From NCBI GenBank assembly GCA_951406725.2, contig OX597826.1, forward strand, positions 11,470,001 through 11,534,000: a DNA stretch of 64,000 nucleotides, given 5' to 3'. Of this stretch, positions 26,606 to 41,850 are shown piece by piece; within the stretch, counting starts at the first letter, position 1; every line of letters starts with the position of its first letter. The stretch comes from Octopus vulgaris. Lineage: Eukaryota. Under the pieces are notes generated by a model. That model ran no database searches, was not told where the DNA came from, and saw only the letters and a program-made list of their open reading frames with translations. Both the position numbers and the translations under genes were made by a program.

Positions 26606-26882
26606 TTTATATAAGTCTATATTTGTATTTATGTATGCCTATATTTGTATATGTCTATATTTGTATATATGTCTATATTTGTTTGTATTTATATATGTCT
26701 ATATTTATATATGTATGTCTATATTTGTATTTATATATGTCTATATTTGTATATGTACATATATATATATATGGAGCGTCAACATATATTTGCATATGTA
26801 TGTATTTACAAAAACTAAATTGCGCCGAGTTCCTTTTCCGTGGTTTGTGTCCTGCTTTGTTCTCAACAAATAATACAATCAT

Positions 26883-26935
<53 letters not shown>

Positions 26936-27454
26936 AACACACACACACACACAAACACTCACACACACAGACACACACACACATACACACACACACTACA
27001 AGCATTTCTTGCATAAGGACAAAATGAATGATTGTAAAAATGTTATAAAGGAAGTAATCGATCTCAATATATCATGATTTGTGACTGGTTTACTAGTTTG
27101 ATATGCTAGTTGAACAACACCAAAAGGGAGAAGCTAAACAGAAAGGGAGATTTTTGCCCTGCCCTCGGGTGTTTCCGTCAACACACTATATAATTTCTTA
27201 CCATTGCCTTGATTCAGCTTTCCTTTGTGTTTTTAGCTTCCTTATGCACTAAAGAAGGTAAAATAAATGAATAGATAAAGAAAGAAATAGAAAATATACT
27301 GGTGGACTTTTCATAGAAAGTTGAGAAAGAAACGCTTTATCTTTAAGTTAGAAACTCAGATATGTAAAGCTAATACTTTGTTATGCTAAACTCATTAGCT
27401 AAAGTCATTAGCTATATTTAATTACAAAAAAAAAAGTATTATTGTTTCTTTTAT

Positions 27455-27840
27455 TCTTTTACTTGTGTCAGTCATTTGACTGCGGCCATGCTGGAGTACC
27501 GCCTTTAGTCGAGCAAATCGACCCCAGGACTTATTCTTCGTAAGCCTAGTACTTATTCTATCAGTCTCTTTTGCCGAACCACTAAGTTACAGGGACGTAA
27601 ACACACCAGCATCAGTTGTCAAGCGATATTGCGGGGACAAATACAGACACACATACATACATATATATACATATATACGACGGGCTTCTTTCAGTTTCCG
27701 TCTACCAAATCCATTTACAAGGCTTTGGTCGGCCCGAGGCTATAGTAGAAGACACTTGCCCAAGGTGCCACGCAGTGGGACTGAACCCGGAACTATGCGG
27801 TTGGTAAGCAAGCTACTTACCACACAGCCACTCCTGCGCC
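27455..27840 (-). mobile_element. Family A SINE, near consensus
   Basis: Complete head, CORE-like body, short internal microsatellite and tail. Confidence 0.9.
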
Positions 27841-28314
27841 TATATGAGGACATATTTTTCTCTTCTTTTTTTCTTAGGATACTAAATCTTTTGTATCGAT
27901 TTTCTAAACACTTAAATTATATTTTTAATAACATGCGATACTGCTTGTTCCTAGTTACGCATCAACGTTTCACAGCCACGATATTAATTTATCGAGAAAA
28001 AAAGCCATTTATTATTATTGTGAACTTGAATAAAAAGTTGGATTTTCTTAAAGTTAGTGACTACTGTAAGCTTTTTTTAAATTTTTTTTATTACAGCTAC
28101 GCTTAATAATTTAAAGAAAAAAAAATGTCACACAAGTTGTCAAAATGATAATAAATTTTATTTCATGTCGTAAACGGACTCCTGCAATGTTGAAGAAGTA
28201 CGTTCTAAGATGAACCTAAATAGGATTTGAACCCAGAAACAACGCATGACAAAAAAACGCGCAGCATTTCCGGACGTGCCCTACTGAATCTCCATGTACC
28301 ATGCTGTTTTAATG

Positions 28315-29031
28315 CATACATACATACATACATACATACATACATACATACATACATACATACATACTTACATACATAATATATACATACATACATACAT
28401 AATACATACATACATACATACATACATACATACATACATAATACATACATACATACATACATACATACAAACATACATACATACATACATAATACGTACA
28501 TACATACATACATACATACATACAGACAGACAAACATACATACAGACATACATACATACATACATACATAATACATACATACATACATACATACATAATA
28601 CGTACATACATACATACATACATACAGACAGACAGACAAACATACATACAGACATACATACATACATACAGACATACATACATAATACATACATGCATAC
28701 ACACATGCACATACATACATACACACTTACATACATACATACATAATACATACATACATACATACATACATAATACATACATGCATGCATACATACATAC
28801 ATACATACATAAGCAATTACGTTCGTATGTATGTATGCATGTACGTATGTATGTATACGTGTGTATACACACACATATAGATATACATACACACAATATA
28901 ATATATCATAACATAATTTAATATAGTCTAATATAATATAATATAATACAATATAATATAATATAATATAATATAATATAATATAATATAATATAATATA
29001 TTAGTATAACTTAAGACAATATAATATGTCA

Positions 29032-29080
<49 letters not shown>

Positions 29081-29100
29081 TATTTGTGTGTGTGCGTGTG
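28315..29100. repeat. Compound (CATA)n/(ATATA)n/(TA)n microsatellite array
   Basis: Direct inspection. Confidence 0.95.
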
Positions 29101-29271
29101 TGTGAGACCGGTGCATAATTTCTGTGTACCACCTCTACCTTATGAAGCTTTGTTAAAGCACAGGTTATGGGATAAGACGCTTGCGTAGGTGCCACGTGGC
29201 AGATTGGGTGGTCCGACCCCAGAACCATGTAGCATGTAACTGCAGAGCGAACTACTAAAGAATACGGTCAT

Positions 29272-29312
<41 letters not shown>

Positions 29313-29429
29313 GTTTTTGATAATATATATGTATAAATGTCATTATATAAATATAAATATAAATATATATATTTATATAATACGTATATTGATTAAAGTT
29401 ACTATAACTCGACCAACGAGGTTTAATTG

Positions 29430-29830
29430 TTCTTTTATCACAGCTTTTAGTTGGCAGAAAGTGCCACATAGTTGCTTAAAAAGAGGGAGGCAGTCGCTGT
29501 GCAACTTGTGCAAATAATAGCAGACGGCTTAACTTTTTCAATGGCAGTAGACAGGCTGGCTTCCCTCCACTACAGCGAAAACTACCTCTCCCGTTGAAGA
29601 GGTTGTCAGCTGTTTCTCTCTTCTTTCAGACTTCATCACTTGCGCCCTCTACACGTTGTTTTATGCATGACCATCAAGTACGGTCACTCCCAGCATACAC
29701 TTGGAGGACACGGGAAATTATGCAGCTGAAGAGAGGGAGAGGAGGTGACGTTACACGTGAAATAACTTTTTTCCATTGGGACTTAGAGAAGTGTTTGCCT
29801 GTTAAAGGAGGTGCACGGGAACTGAATTAA
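29430..29830. promoter_or_regulatory. Candidate enhancer-like unique sequence
   Basis: GC-richer unique DNA with CAGCTG x2, CACGTG, TGACGTTA and a CTCF-like tgcgccctctacacg at 29641. Confidence 0.25.
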
Positions 29831-29987
29831 ACTTAAAATGGAATTAATAAAATAAATAACCCCACTTGAAATATTTTATCGACAAATTTAATTTAAATAA
29901 CTAAATGTAATATGAGATCAAAGAAAACTTTCTTTTTAGTCATATACTAGAAAGAACATCATGTCTAAATCTATCAATATATATATA

Positions 29988-30058
<71 letters not shown>

Positions 30059-30279
30059 TAGTGAGAGAGAGAGAGAGGAGAGGGAGAGAGACAAAGACAC
30101 GTGCACACGTCACAATTTTCAGTCAACGAGTTTACCTTGCAAAAACGGCGATTGTATACTCCCTTTTTTTCTTTGTTAACGAAGGATCATATATGTTTAT
30201 CACATACGTATATCATACCATATATTATGTATGTATGTATGTATGTATGTATGTATGTATATGTATGTATGTATGTATG

Positions 30280-30336
<57 letters not shown>

Positions 30337-32236
30337 TGGCGCTTTAATTTTTCTTAACTTCACTAAGTTTGATTAAACTGTATTTTTACTTTAAATGAAC
30401 TGTCAATTGATAATTTAATATTTATATCAATCTGGTTAAATAAAGCATATTTAAATTAATTTCATTATTTTTCATTAATTAATTAAGTCTTCAAGAAAAC
30501 TCCTATTTTCGTTTTCGTCTTTCGTTGATAACTTTCTTACAAATATGCATAATAGAAAACATATCAACGAACAAAATAAAGTTTAGACTGTTTGTTTTAG
30601 GCCTAACAATACGAAAATTTTGTGTCAAAACTGCTTAAGATGCGTTTCGAAAACTAACAATACGTCTGTGAGTAAGCAAAGTTTAACACAGAACTGTTTC
30701 ATCATGAAATGAAATATAATAGTTAGAAGTAGGAACTGAACTTATCGTTGATGGGCATAACATTTTCTTACGATTTTTAAAAGATTATACTGTATTAATA
30801 TTTGATTTCAAGTTAGTAGCATTTATAAGTATAAAAGTTTTTGGTGAATTTCTATTTAACTTACAACAAAGTTGATATGAAAGTTGCACAAGTCATATTT
30901 CTCTCACTATTGTTCCAGGATTCGCTGGCTATATATGTACATGTATATGTATATCTATATCTATATGCTATATGCATGTGTGTGTGTGAGTGTATGTTGT
31001 CAGGCCAAAAGGCCAAACCACCTGGAATGATGGTAATAAAATCAAATATTACTAAACGAACTTCTGCAATGGTAAGTTTGGGCTTTTTTATGATGGCTAA
31101 AAGTGTTGTCTTTGTTATAAGCTTCAAAGTTCTCCTTTATTCATTTGGTATTGTATGTGATGAAAGATATTAACTTTCTTTCATCAAATGAATAAAGTGA
31201 AAAAGACGAGGAGAAAAACGTAAATAAGACAGAGAGAGAAAGAAAGAGAGTATGTTGCAGATTAGATCTAAACAAATGGTTAGTAATAGTTTTAAAGTGT
31301 TGGGAATTAGCATATATATCTTCAGATAAAAGCTGTTTCTATGAGTTAATTTGTGAAAATCATTTCTCACTTAATTTGGAAAACTTTGTATCTGTCACGT
31401 GTCAGTTTCCCTCTACTCTGCCTTGTAATCAATATTAAATAAAATATATAAAAAAGCATTCAAAAGTAGAAAGACATTAGCGTGGTGTTTTGTGTGTGTT
31501 GTGTATGTTTGTGTTTGTTATGTGCGTGGTAGGGATGTGAGTTATTGTCAAACTTAAATGCATAAAGAAACTTGTGAACGCAACAGAATTAGTTCCAAGA
31601 GTAAAGAAGAAGGAAGGAACAAAAACAGGAAATAAAATGAAACAAAATATTCATATTTACTGTAAAGTAGGAATGGCTTAGATAGATGGGAGAAAGTTGA
31701 CAAAGAATGGAATGGTAATTGGGATAATAGGAATGAAAGATAATCTCTTGGAATAATGTGTGGAAAAAAAGACAGAAGGGTTGATGGAGAAAGTTTCACA
31801 TGTTGACAGGGTACTTTATAGTAACCCTTTAAAAGTGAAATTGTGTGGTTGGGGGGGACACCCCTTTGTTTAAAGAAGAAGAAAAAAACCCCAGAAAACC
31901 TTAAGTAACATTTGCAGAAGTTTCTCTTTTCCCTTCTTTGTGTTTTGCACTCAAAATGGAAAAAAGAAAAGGAACGAAGTCCTTTTTTCTGTACGTGAGT
32001 ACTTGCATAAATGACAGAGTGGGTACGTGTGTGTGTGTGTGGCTGTGTTTGAATGACATGTCTGCTTGAAAGCTTATATGTTTGTGTATGTGTTTGTGTA
32101 ATAGTTGTGCGTGTGTGTGTGTTTGTGTTTGTGTGTGTGTGAATAGGTGTATGTAAGTATACATTTGTGAGTATGTGTGAATGTATGGATGTCACTTTGC
32201 AGACTGTGTGTTTATACAAGTAAGCTTGTATGCATA

Positions 32237-32286
<50 letters not shown>

Positions 32287-33365
32287 TGTGTGTTTGTGTG
32301 TGTCTATGGTTGTGTTTGAATGACAGGGCTGCATGTAAGTTTATATGTGCGTATGTGTGTGTAATAGATGCATGTGTGTGAATAGGTGTAAGTGTATATT
32401 TGTGAGTATGTGTGAATGTATGGATAGCTGTTTGAAGGCTGTGTATATCTGTGTATGCATCTATGCTTGTGTCTAAGTAAACTTGTAGCTATATGTGTAT
32501 ATATATATTTATGTGTGTGCGTGTGTGTGGTGTGTACGTGTATGTGTGTTTCTATAAGTACTATGTATGTGTGTATGCATGTATGTATGTATGTGTGTGT
32601 GAGTGATGAGGAACAAAATGATTTTCCAGTACCAAACAAACAGGGAAGACGAAAGAGAAGAAGGAAGTGAAAAAGGTGGGAAGTGCTTCTTCCTGTTTTT
32701 GTTTGATTCACCCCCATCGCCACCCCAAACCAAACAGATATAACACCTACATCAAGCCACGCTCCACCCCACCGCACACACACACACTCTAACACTTTTG
32801 AACTCCATTTTTTTAGTTTATTTTATTTCATTTTTCTATTGTTTTTTTTCCTTCATCAATTCAGTTTATTGAGGTCTTTCCCCATTTGGTCTTCTATTTC
32901 GACCTTCTCATTATTCTCACTTCCCACCCAGGCACCCAGCCAAACTTACCTAAGTGAACACCCAACCAACCAACCAGCCCCTCGCCCCCCTTAAAGATAC
33001 AACTTACACACACCACCCTATATTCAAAAACAAACTTAGACTCATACAAACACACCCCTTTATACGTATATTTTCTTTCTTATCAAAAATTATATTTCGC
33101 CTATCTCTCTTTTTCTCTCTCTCTCTTTTCTCCACTTCTCGCTCTCCCTTTGCTCATCACTCTTTTTCTTTCTATTATAATTTTCTCCCACCCCCTCCGT
33201 TTTCCTGATTTCCATGAGGCTCTATTACATGTCAGATGCTTCCCCCCAGAGTTGTTTTTGCTTTTTCTGTGCAGAAGGTGGGTAGCCTGGGGACTAATAC
33301 TGCCACTCGATGTATGTATCGTTAATCTAAAAGAAAAGTCCGAAGGGTGTTTGAGAGGAAGAAGA

Positions 33366-33404
<39 letters not shown>

Positions 33405-33959
33405 AAAATGGAATCTTAAGAAACAATAAAGTTTATGAAAAAGTATAAAAGAAATAAAGAGGGGTGAGAAAAGAGAAGAAAAACAGAGAATGGGAGAGAA
33501 ATGGAGGGGAGGAGGAAGAAACTTAAAATGAATCTAAAACGAAATTGGTGGATAATAATGGAAATAAGGGGTGAGAAAGAGTTAAGAAAAGGGACCCAGG
33601 GAAAAATCTATTTGTCATTGACGAAGAAGGAAAGGGGAAGAGTATGAAAATAGTGACGTGACAAAAACCTAAAGTAGATTTTAGAGGCAAAATTAAAGAT
33701 GCAAATAATAAAGAAAGATGAGATATCAAAACGTTTAAAGAGTGAAGAGGAAAGAAACAGAACGAAAGTTGGAATAAAGTGTGAGAAATATTTTGTGATA
33801 AAGACAGATTAGACCTAATAAGAAGAAGGAGGTATTTAAGAGGATCTTTCTCCTCATCGTCATCTTATTCTTCTACTTCTACTTCTTCTTTCCTTCCTCT
33901 TCCTCCCACCGTTCCCCGCTTTGCTTTCGCTTATGAGTTGTTCCCTTTTTTTTTTCTTC

Positions 33960-35360
33960 TTCTCGCTGGCTGGCTGGCTCCGTCCATATGTAACAAGCAA
34001 GAGGTTGTTTAGTCGCGTCCTATGCTGCTTGAACGAACGAACGGGCCGCCGCTACTACAGAATATTCGTCGCCAACACAGAACCACCTGCCCCAGGTTCA
34101 CAACAGAAACGAAGAAAACATGCCTCAGTTGGTGAGTGTGCGCTCTTCGTTTGACTTCCAACAAAAGAGTCGGACATAATCGGGTATTTTGCATCACAAT
34201 GTTGTGTAACACTTGTAATTAAGGTCTCGTGGAGACGTCTGCTTACTGATCATGTTGTTAAGGGCCTTATATCCACACGCGACCACACATTGTTATTCAG
34301 ATGTCCTTAGCTAATTTTCTTTACTGCCTTCTGTCACAGTTTGTTCATTATAAGCTTGGGTAGGGATTATTTATCTATATTCAACGGTTTCTTTCACACT
34401 GGCAGCTGCAAACTTTCTTGCCACAACTACACAACAGAACGTGGGCTTAAAAAAAGATTCTGTCCGCTTATAAGCTCGTCAATTGACCAAAAGAGCTTCT
34501 GAGAGACAGCTGCGTTGAATCGATGCATGAAAAGAAATAATGTCTTGGAAATATTGTTCTATCATAATGTTATAAAGCATTCATATGAAACACAGCCAAT
34601 ATAAAAGAGCGACCTATAGATTTCAGGGCAAAAAAGAAAAAGCAAGAAGAAAGAAGGGAAATGAAAAGGGAAAAAAATGAAAAAAATTACACTGAGAGAA
34701 AGAAAGCGTTTCGGGTGAAAAAAAACCCCCAGTGAGTGGGCCATGTTTTGGTCGTATTCTGCAGCTGTTTCCGTGTTCACTTGATGATGGTTGCATTCCC
34801 TATAATTAAACATAATTTTCTGCAACCTTTAAACAGCAGTCTTCAGAAAAAATATCCAGATGACCAGCTACTTTGAGTTCGTCTTTGTTGCTCAGATCTC
34901 TCACGTCAGTGAAAGTTAGAAAAAAAAAAGAGATACAAATAAAAAGAACACTTCCCTCGCCGCACGGTGGGAGTTGCGCTTTGTAGAAAGCTAGTTTTCC
35001 TACTGGCTTTTTTCTTTCCTTTAATGAAACTAATTTGTTTAACATATTCTTTTCTTTTCTTTTGACATATTCTTTTATATTCTTATAACCATTTTAAAGC
35101 CTCTGTGTATTTCAATTGAGTTTACCCGGCGATAAATATTGAATAATAGCGCGAGAAAAACGCGCCAGAAGTTCTAGATTTTCCCCTCAAATCAAACTGC
35201 GCGCTTTTTACGCAGAGCAAAACTTTCTTGTATTCAGCGCCCTCTTGCGACGCTGGAGCTTGTTCCATTATGCGACAGAGGCGGATAATAGCCACGGAGA
35301 ATCGCCTTTGTTGCACAGCGCTTCAGCGGAATACTGTGCTTGTACAATAGTGAAAATCGA
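33960..35360 (+). promoter_or_regulatory. Candidate promoter and first-exon region
   Basis: CpG-enriched, repeat-free; Inr-like TTAGTC ~34009; AAAACATG followed by GTGAGT donor at 34132; CTAAT-pyrimidine-CAG acceptor ending 34339; CCAAT/TATAAAAG ~34596-34608; CTCF-like motif at 35235. Confidence 0.3.
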
Positions 35361-36325
35361 TTCAAATATCGCAATAGACTAATTTTGCTGTAATGAAAAC
35401 TTAACTATTTAATAATCATGATTTTATATTAACTTTAACGGTGAAACAAAATAATTAAATGCCTAATTATACTGCACTGCATATATACATCGCCACGGCG
35501 AATTCTTCCCCCGGGATAGAGAGGAGAACATTGTGAAGTGGACTAAATGAAAAATATACAGTGTATGGGTTAGTAAACAATTTTACCATTGTTCCTAATA
35601 ACTAATGATAAATTATATAAAAAGCAATTAATCTTCTTTATTGACAAGGGAATTGCGCTTGTCTCCAACTACTTACTACACTTAATTACTTGGTTTGCGC
35701 ACTTCTTATCCAAGCAACACTTCTAAGGGTAATAGTAATTTATTTAGTAACATTAGTAATTTGGTTAATATCAGTGATAACTAGTTTATTATAGGTGATT
35801 AATATGCGTAATTGTCAATTGAGTAGTTAGCAAATAGTTTTATTTTCCCCCCTCTTCTTTTGACAATATTACAAACATTTGGATTTATTTTTTGTCCTAT
35901 ATTTTGAGAACAAATTTATTTGGTTAGATTTAAATATTTATTTAAATTTTACTTTTATTGTTAGTATTTTTATAATTTGAGATTATTTTTAACATGGTAT
36001 TAATTAATAATAATTATTAATATTTTTTTTTTTCCTGTTTGCAATTCAGGCGATTTATGCAAATTAACTACAAGTTTTTGTTGGTAAACAGCAAGTTTAA
36101 TTTTTAGTTATTGACTTTTAGGTTATAGCTTATATAAAAATAATCGCCAGCTTGTACGCAGAATAGAGGTGATATCTCGGCAAGTAAAAACGGCGACTCG
36201 GTTTCGAATCCCGGTCAAAGCTATTTCCTTTTTTTTCGAGCAATAATAATTCTTCTGATATACATACATAAATCTTAGAAAATATTCTCTAGTTTAATAT
36301 CACCGAGAACACAACACACACAGAC

Positions 36326-36375
<50 letters not shown>

Positions 36376-37019
36376 GCACATGTATAGAGCTACTAGATTG
36401 TAAACGTTATGCGTCCCTTTCTTATAGAATTCTTATCAACAGTTTTTATCATTTTATTTCATCCTAGCAGAATATGAACTTATAAAATAAAAACCCCTGT
36501 GCCTGGTGAGTTGTGATGGATTAGCTTACCACCCACCAGCGTGTCATGCAACTCTTACACACATACATAACAACATTAATCAAAAAAAAAAAAAACGTAG
36601 GACATTAAACTTATAGCTAAGTAACCAAATCTTATATTAACCTTATACAGACATACATCTCTGCTATTTTCTAAATCTCCTGTAATTTTGACAGTAAAGT
36701 GTGAGAACGTAGATAAACGGAAATCGATTAACATACAAGCTTGGCTGTTATTTCGTATTGTTTTTCTTCTTTCATAAGGAAATTTCATTTATTAGTGCTT
36801 TACAATTTATTTCATGTATTCTACATTGAGTTACTACGTTGCTTTGTATTATTGTCCAGTTTACATATTACTTATTGTTCAGTATAAAACCAGCTGCATG
36901 TTCATTTACATTTTGAAGCATGAATGCACGCCATACCCTGTATACTATTACAGACTGTATGAAGAAAAAAAAATTATTTAGCACACATACATACGCATAC
37001 ACGTGTGTATGCATGTTTG

Positions 37020-37067
<48 letters not shown>

Positions 37068-38449
37068 TGTGTGTGTGTGTGTGTGTTGTCAATCAGGCTG
37101 ACTCTTTAATCCTCTGTTATATTTGCAATAATAACGTGCTAGATAAAAAGAAACCGTCAAAGGGTGAACATAATTATTTTCAATAGCAGATATTTCTTTG
37201 CAAAACAGCATTCTTAACGTAAAATAATAAAGGTTTTAGAACACACGCATACACACACAAATACGTATATACATACATGTAAGTGTGTGTGTGTGCGCGC
37301 GTTTGGGATATCTATGAATACACTCCTGTAATATGTTTAGATAGTTCTTTGTAACACGCCTTAATATTTATTTCACTATGCGTATCATTCGGTGGTGGCC
37401 TCGTTATTAGATCCTTCTGCTAGTTGTTTCGATACGAAATCCCATCATCTTATAATCATACAACGTGATTTAAAACGTTTTCCTTTTTTAACTGGGACAC
37501 ATTAAGGAAAATAAACGTGTTTTGCTGCACTTTGTGCATAAATTAGATAGAAAAAATGAAATTTGTACATTTTAGCCTATAATATTAATTACAAAGAATA
37601 TCAACTACTTACTTCTTTATTCAATAAACGACGCACAATTATCAACGTTTTTATATTTAGAATATTAGTTGGTAGTTTTCTCATTTTTAGAATAGAAATC
37701 TGTTATTTTCCTGCCGCACCTAGTTACGTTTCGCGTCAGGTCTACTGCTATAGCGCTTTCCTTATAGCAGAATACCATCGCTTCACTCTGTTAATACTAT
37801 GTGCAGGGAGATAACTCTGATTGATTGTAACGGGAAATCACTAGGCTACTTAGTTGTGTCACACAAAACAGAATAGCAGACGCGAAGAAAAAGGCCTCGA
37901 AAAATATATATAAAGGAAAAAACCGCTATAAATTTATTGATGCTCATGCCTTTGTGAACATCATTAACCAACTTTAGTGCATCTTAGTATTTGGATAATG
38001 AACTGAATCTGCTAAATGGAAATAAAACTCATTTGCCTCCTATTTAATTTAATTAAATTGCTAAAATTTTCCAAGCTTATTCAGCGGTTGAAGAACATTT
38101 AATTGCTGTCCTTTTGTTAATATTTTTTAGTTTATGATATTATTTTTAAAAAAAACCTTAGTATTGAAAGCAAGAAACTGTTTTCATTTTAGTTTTTCCA
38201 TCATTGGTAATTAACCAATCTTTATTAATTATGAAAAGCAAAATATGATTAATATTAATAAATATGAAATGTTAAATTCTCAGTCTAATTAAATGATTTT
38301 CATTCTTCCATTTAATTAACCGCTCGATTACGTACGATTGCTTGCTATAATACGTTGTAATATATTAATAAATAAATAAAATCACACCAGTCGTTATTTG
38401 TTCCAAGTTAATATTTTGTAATATTTTACATTAAGACGCAAGGATGGTC

Positions 38450-38810
38450 TAATTTGGTGAAGAATTTCGCTTTGCAGCCACATGGTTTTGAGTCCAGTCC
38501 CAAAAGTCGGCATCTTGGGCAGGTGTCTATTACTATACTTCTCGGCCGACCAATGCTTTGTGAGTGAGTTTGGTTGACAAAAACCGTGTGGTAGTTAGTT
38601 CGTCAATGGAATACATGGATTCATATATGCGTGTTTGTGTTTGGTCTCAATTCACCGTTTGATAACCGGCGTTAATGTTTACGACACCACAAATTAGCGG
38701 TTCGGTAAAAGATATCAACAGAATAAGCATAAATTTTTTTTTCTTTTTAATTAGTACTAGGGTCGAGTTGTTTGACTAAACATTTCATGGTGGAGTCCCA
38801 GAATGTTAAA
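38450..38810 (+). mobile_element. Highly decayed family A SINE
   Basis: catcttgggcaggtgtctattactatacttctcggccgaccaatgctttgtgagtg. Confidence 0.65.
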
Positions 38811-39003
38811 AAAATCAAAGAGTAGAAAAAGCAAAAGATGAAATATTATCAGTCTTTTAGTGTTTCACAGGTTTCATTTGTTAATCTGCGGCTGTACTTG
38901 GTGGGTAGAGTCTTCAGTCGGATTAGTGAACCATATCGTTCCTTGTATTTGTCTCACCCTGTTATTTACACAGTTATAGGAAACACTCATTCATCAAGGA
39001 AAA

Positions 39004-39067
<64 letters not shown>

Positions 39068-39169
39068 AATGGAGTGAAGTGTTATATATATATGTGTGTG
39101 TGTGTGTGTGTATACATATATATATATACACACACACATACATACATTCATACATACATACGTACGTAC

Positions 39170-39204
<35 letters not shown>

Positions 39205-39227
39205 TTCACTCCATTATATAACTATCC

Positions 39228-39330
<103 letters not shown>

Positions 39331-39371
39331 CACTTCACTCCATTAGATAACTATCCTTTATCTTTGTATAT

Positions 39372-39444
<73 letters not shown>

Positions 39445-39916
39445 TGTATGTATGTATGTATGTATGCATATGCATATCAATATATCATTTATTTATCAAC
39501 GGTTGACTAGGAGAGCAATGGGTAAAATAAAAGAAAAATGCCACACTTCCTCCTGTTCACTGTGTTCTGGGGTTCAAATCACACATCGGTCAGATTTGCT
39601 TGTGTCTGTATTTCATACGGGTTCGATAGTGAAAGTAAAAGTTAAGTAAAGAAGTGGACTTTACTGTTTTACTGCGGGAATCGGTTACTTTATACTGTTT
39701 GAAAGATCATGGGGCAGGGGTGCCAATGACAGAGTAGAACATGTCTCTAACGACCCCTTCTTAGAGAAAAACTTTGGCGATTCTAAAACTGCCAAAGGGC
39801 AATACTACATATGCTGAACTGAAAGTGATCACGTATCACACACACACATGACAATTATAAGCACTTTTCTAGTATATAGTACGTGCGCGTGTGTACGTAT
39901 ATATATATATATCATA

Positions 39917-39952
<36 letters not shown>

Positions 39953-40387
39953 TGTATGTATGTATGTATGTATGTATGTATGTATGTGTGTGTGTGTATA
40001 GAAGTTATCATTTAGATGTAAAGGGCGATGTTATTGAATCCTATTGTAATAGTCTTGAATAGTAATAATAATGATAATTATAATAATAATAATGATGATG
40101 ATGCTGATGATGATGATGATGACGATGGTGGTGGTGATGGTGATGATGATAAAGAGCGTACGATATATCAAAGGAACTGTCTTGACATGTTGGTGAAGTA
40201 AGTGAGTGGATGTGAAATTAAAATCTAATCAATAAAAAAGGCTAAAAGTAAAGAGAGGCAAATACATCTTTATATTAAATACTTGGAAATACAGATGGAA
40301 TTGGGGAAGTAGGAAGAGGAGGAGGAGGAGGGAGAAGAGGTGGAGGTGGAGGAGTTTATGAATAAACAAAGCTAAGTCTTTGACAGT

Positions 40388-40421
<34 letters not shown>

Positions 40422-40479
40422 TTAGGTATAGAGGAGATTTTAATAAGAGAATGGCAGATGAAAATTATATTTGTCTATC

Positions 40480-40608
40480 AACAGAAACCAGCTCAGCCCG
40501 CCTTCGGCTCACCCGCCTTCGGCTCACCCGCCGCCATCCTGTAGGCTAAAAGTGGAAGCAGGTTCCTCTGTGCACGTGTGTTTTGTGATTGGTTAAAGAG
40601 GAATTGAG

Positions 40609-40653
<45 letters not shown>

Positions 40654-40950
40654 TGTGGTTGTGTATGTGTGTTTATGTGTGTTTATATGTGTGTGTGTTA
40701 GCGCTTGTTTTTCATCGTCGTACGTGTTCGTATCTGCTGCGACAAAGAAAGACGGAAGGAAGAAAAGGAAGAGGAAAAGTTGTTCGGAGGGGGGGGGAGG
40801 CGACTCGGGGGGGGGGCGAGTGGTTGGTTGGTTGTAAAGCCAACGTGTTGTCTGGAGGTAACAAGTTCCATCCGTGACTCCAGTGATAGATTGCGCGAAA
40901 GCTGGATGACACGTTCAACAAAGACCAGCAACAACAGCCAAAAGTAAAAA
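40480..40950. promoter_or_regulatory. Second promoter-like patch
   Basis: Three 15-bp repeats containing CCCGCC (40491-40535), CACGTG, reverse CCAAT, E2F-like TTTCGCGC on the minus strand (40893-40900). Confidence 0.25.
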
Positions 40951-40987
40951 GGAGAGCAAGGGGACGGGCTCGAGAGAGAAAGAGTGT

Positions 40988-41019
<32 letters not shown>

Positions 41020-41167
41020 AAGGAGGAAGAGAGAGAGAGAGACAGAGAGTGAGAGAAAGAAGGAGAGGGATTGAGAGAAAGAAAGACACAAACAGACAAT
41101 ACACATACACACACATACCTTGCACCGAACGTAACATACACACACACAATACACACATATATGTATA

Positions 41168-41252
<85 letters not shown>

Positions 41253-41342
41253 CAATCTATACATCATCTATCTATCTATCTATCTATCTATATTTCTTTC
41301 CATATATCTGTCTGTCTCTATATATACACATATATATGTGTG

Positions 41343-41382
<40 letters not shown>

Positions 41383-41432
41383 ATATATATTACATACACA
41401 TACATACATACCTACATACATACGTATATATT

Positions 41433-41750
<318 letters not shown>

Positions 41751-41793
41751 AAAAAAAAAAATAATATATATATATATATATATATACATATAT

Positions 41794-41850
<57 letters not shown>

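Noticed and set aside
29410-29460. miR-2-like sequence tatcacagcttttagttggcag
   Set aside because: Seed match only; the upstream arm does not pair with the seed region, so there is no precursor hairpin
29611-29750. Strong acceptor tttctctcttctttcag as a coding exon start
   Set aside because: No recognisable protein in any frame and only a weak donor
32030-32480. ~270-bp tandem duplication
   Set aside because: Low-complexity TG-rich local duplication with no further structure
34025-34050. miR-375-like gttcgttcg on the minus strand
   Set aside because: Does not match the mature sequence and no hairpin is evident
34120-34131. MPQL as the N-terminus of TCF/LEF (pangolin)
   Set aside because: Four residues only; the beta-catenin-binding motif does not follow and no HMG exon is seen
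36140-36225. tRNA gene (B-box ggtttcgaatccc)
   Set aside because: No A-box or cloverleaf; at most a decayed SINE head
37716-37805. Minus-strand GAAACGTA with pairing flanks, possible hammerhead
   Set aside because: The core would be ATTAACA and stem II has several mismatches; not supportable
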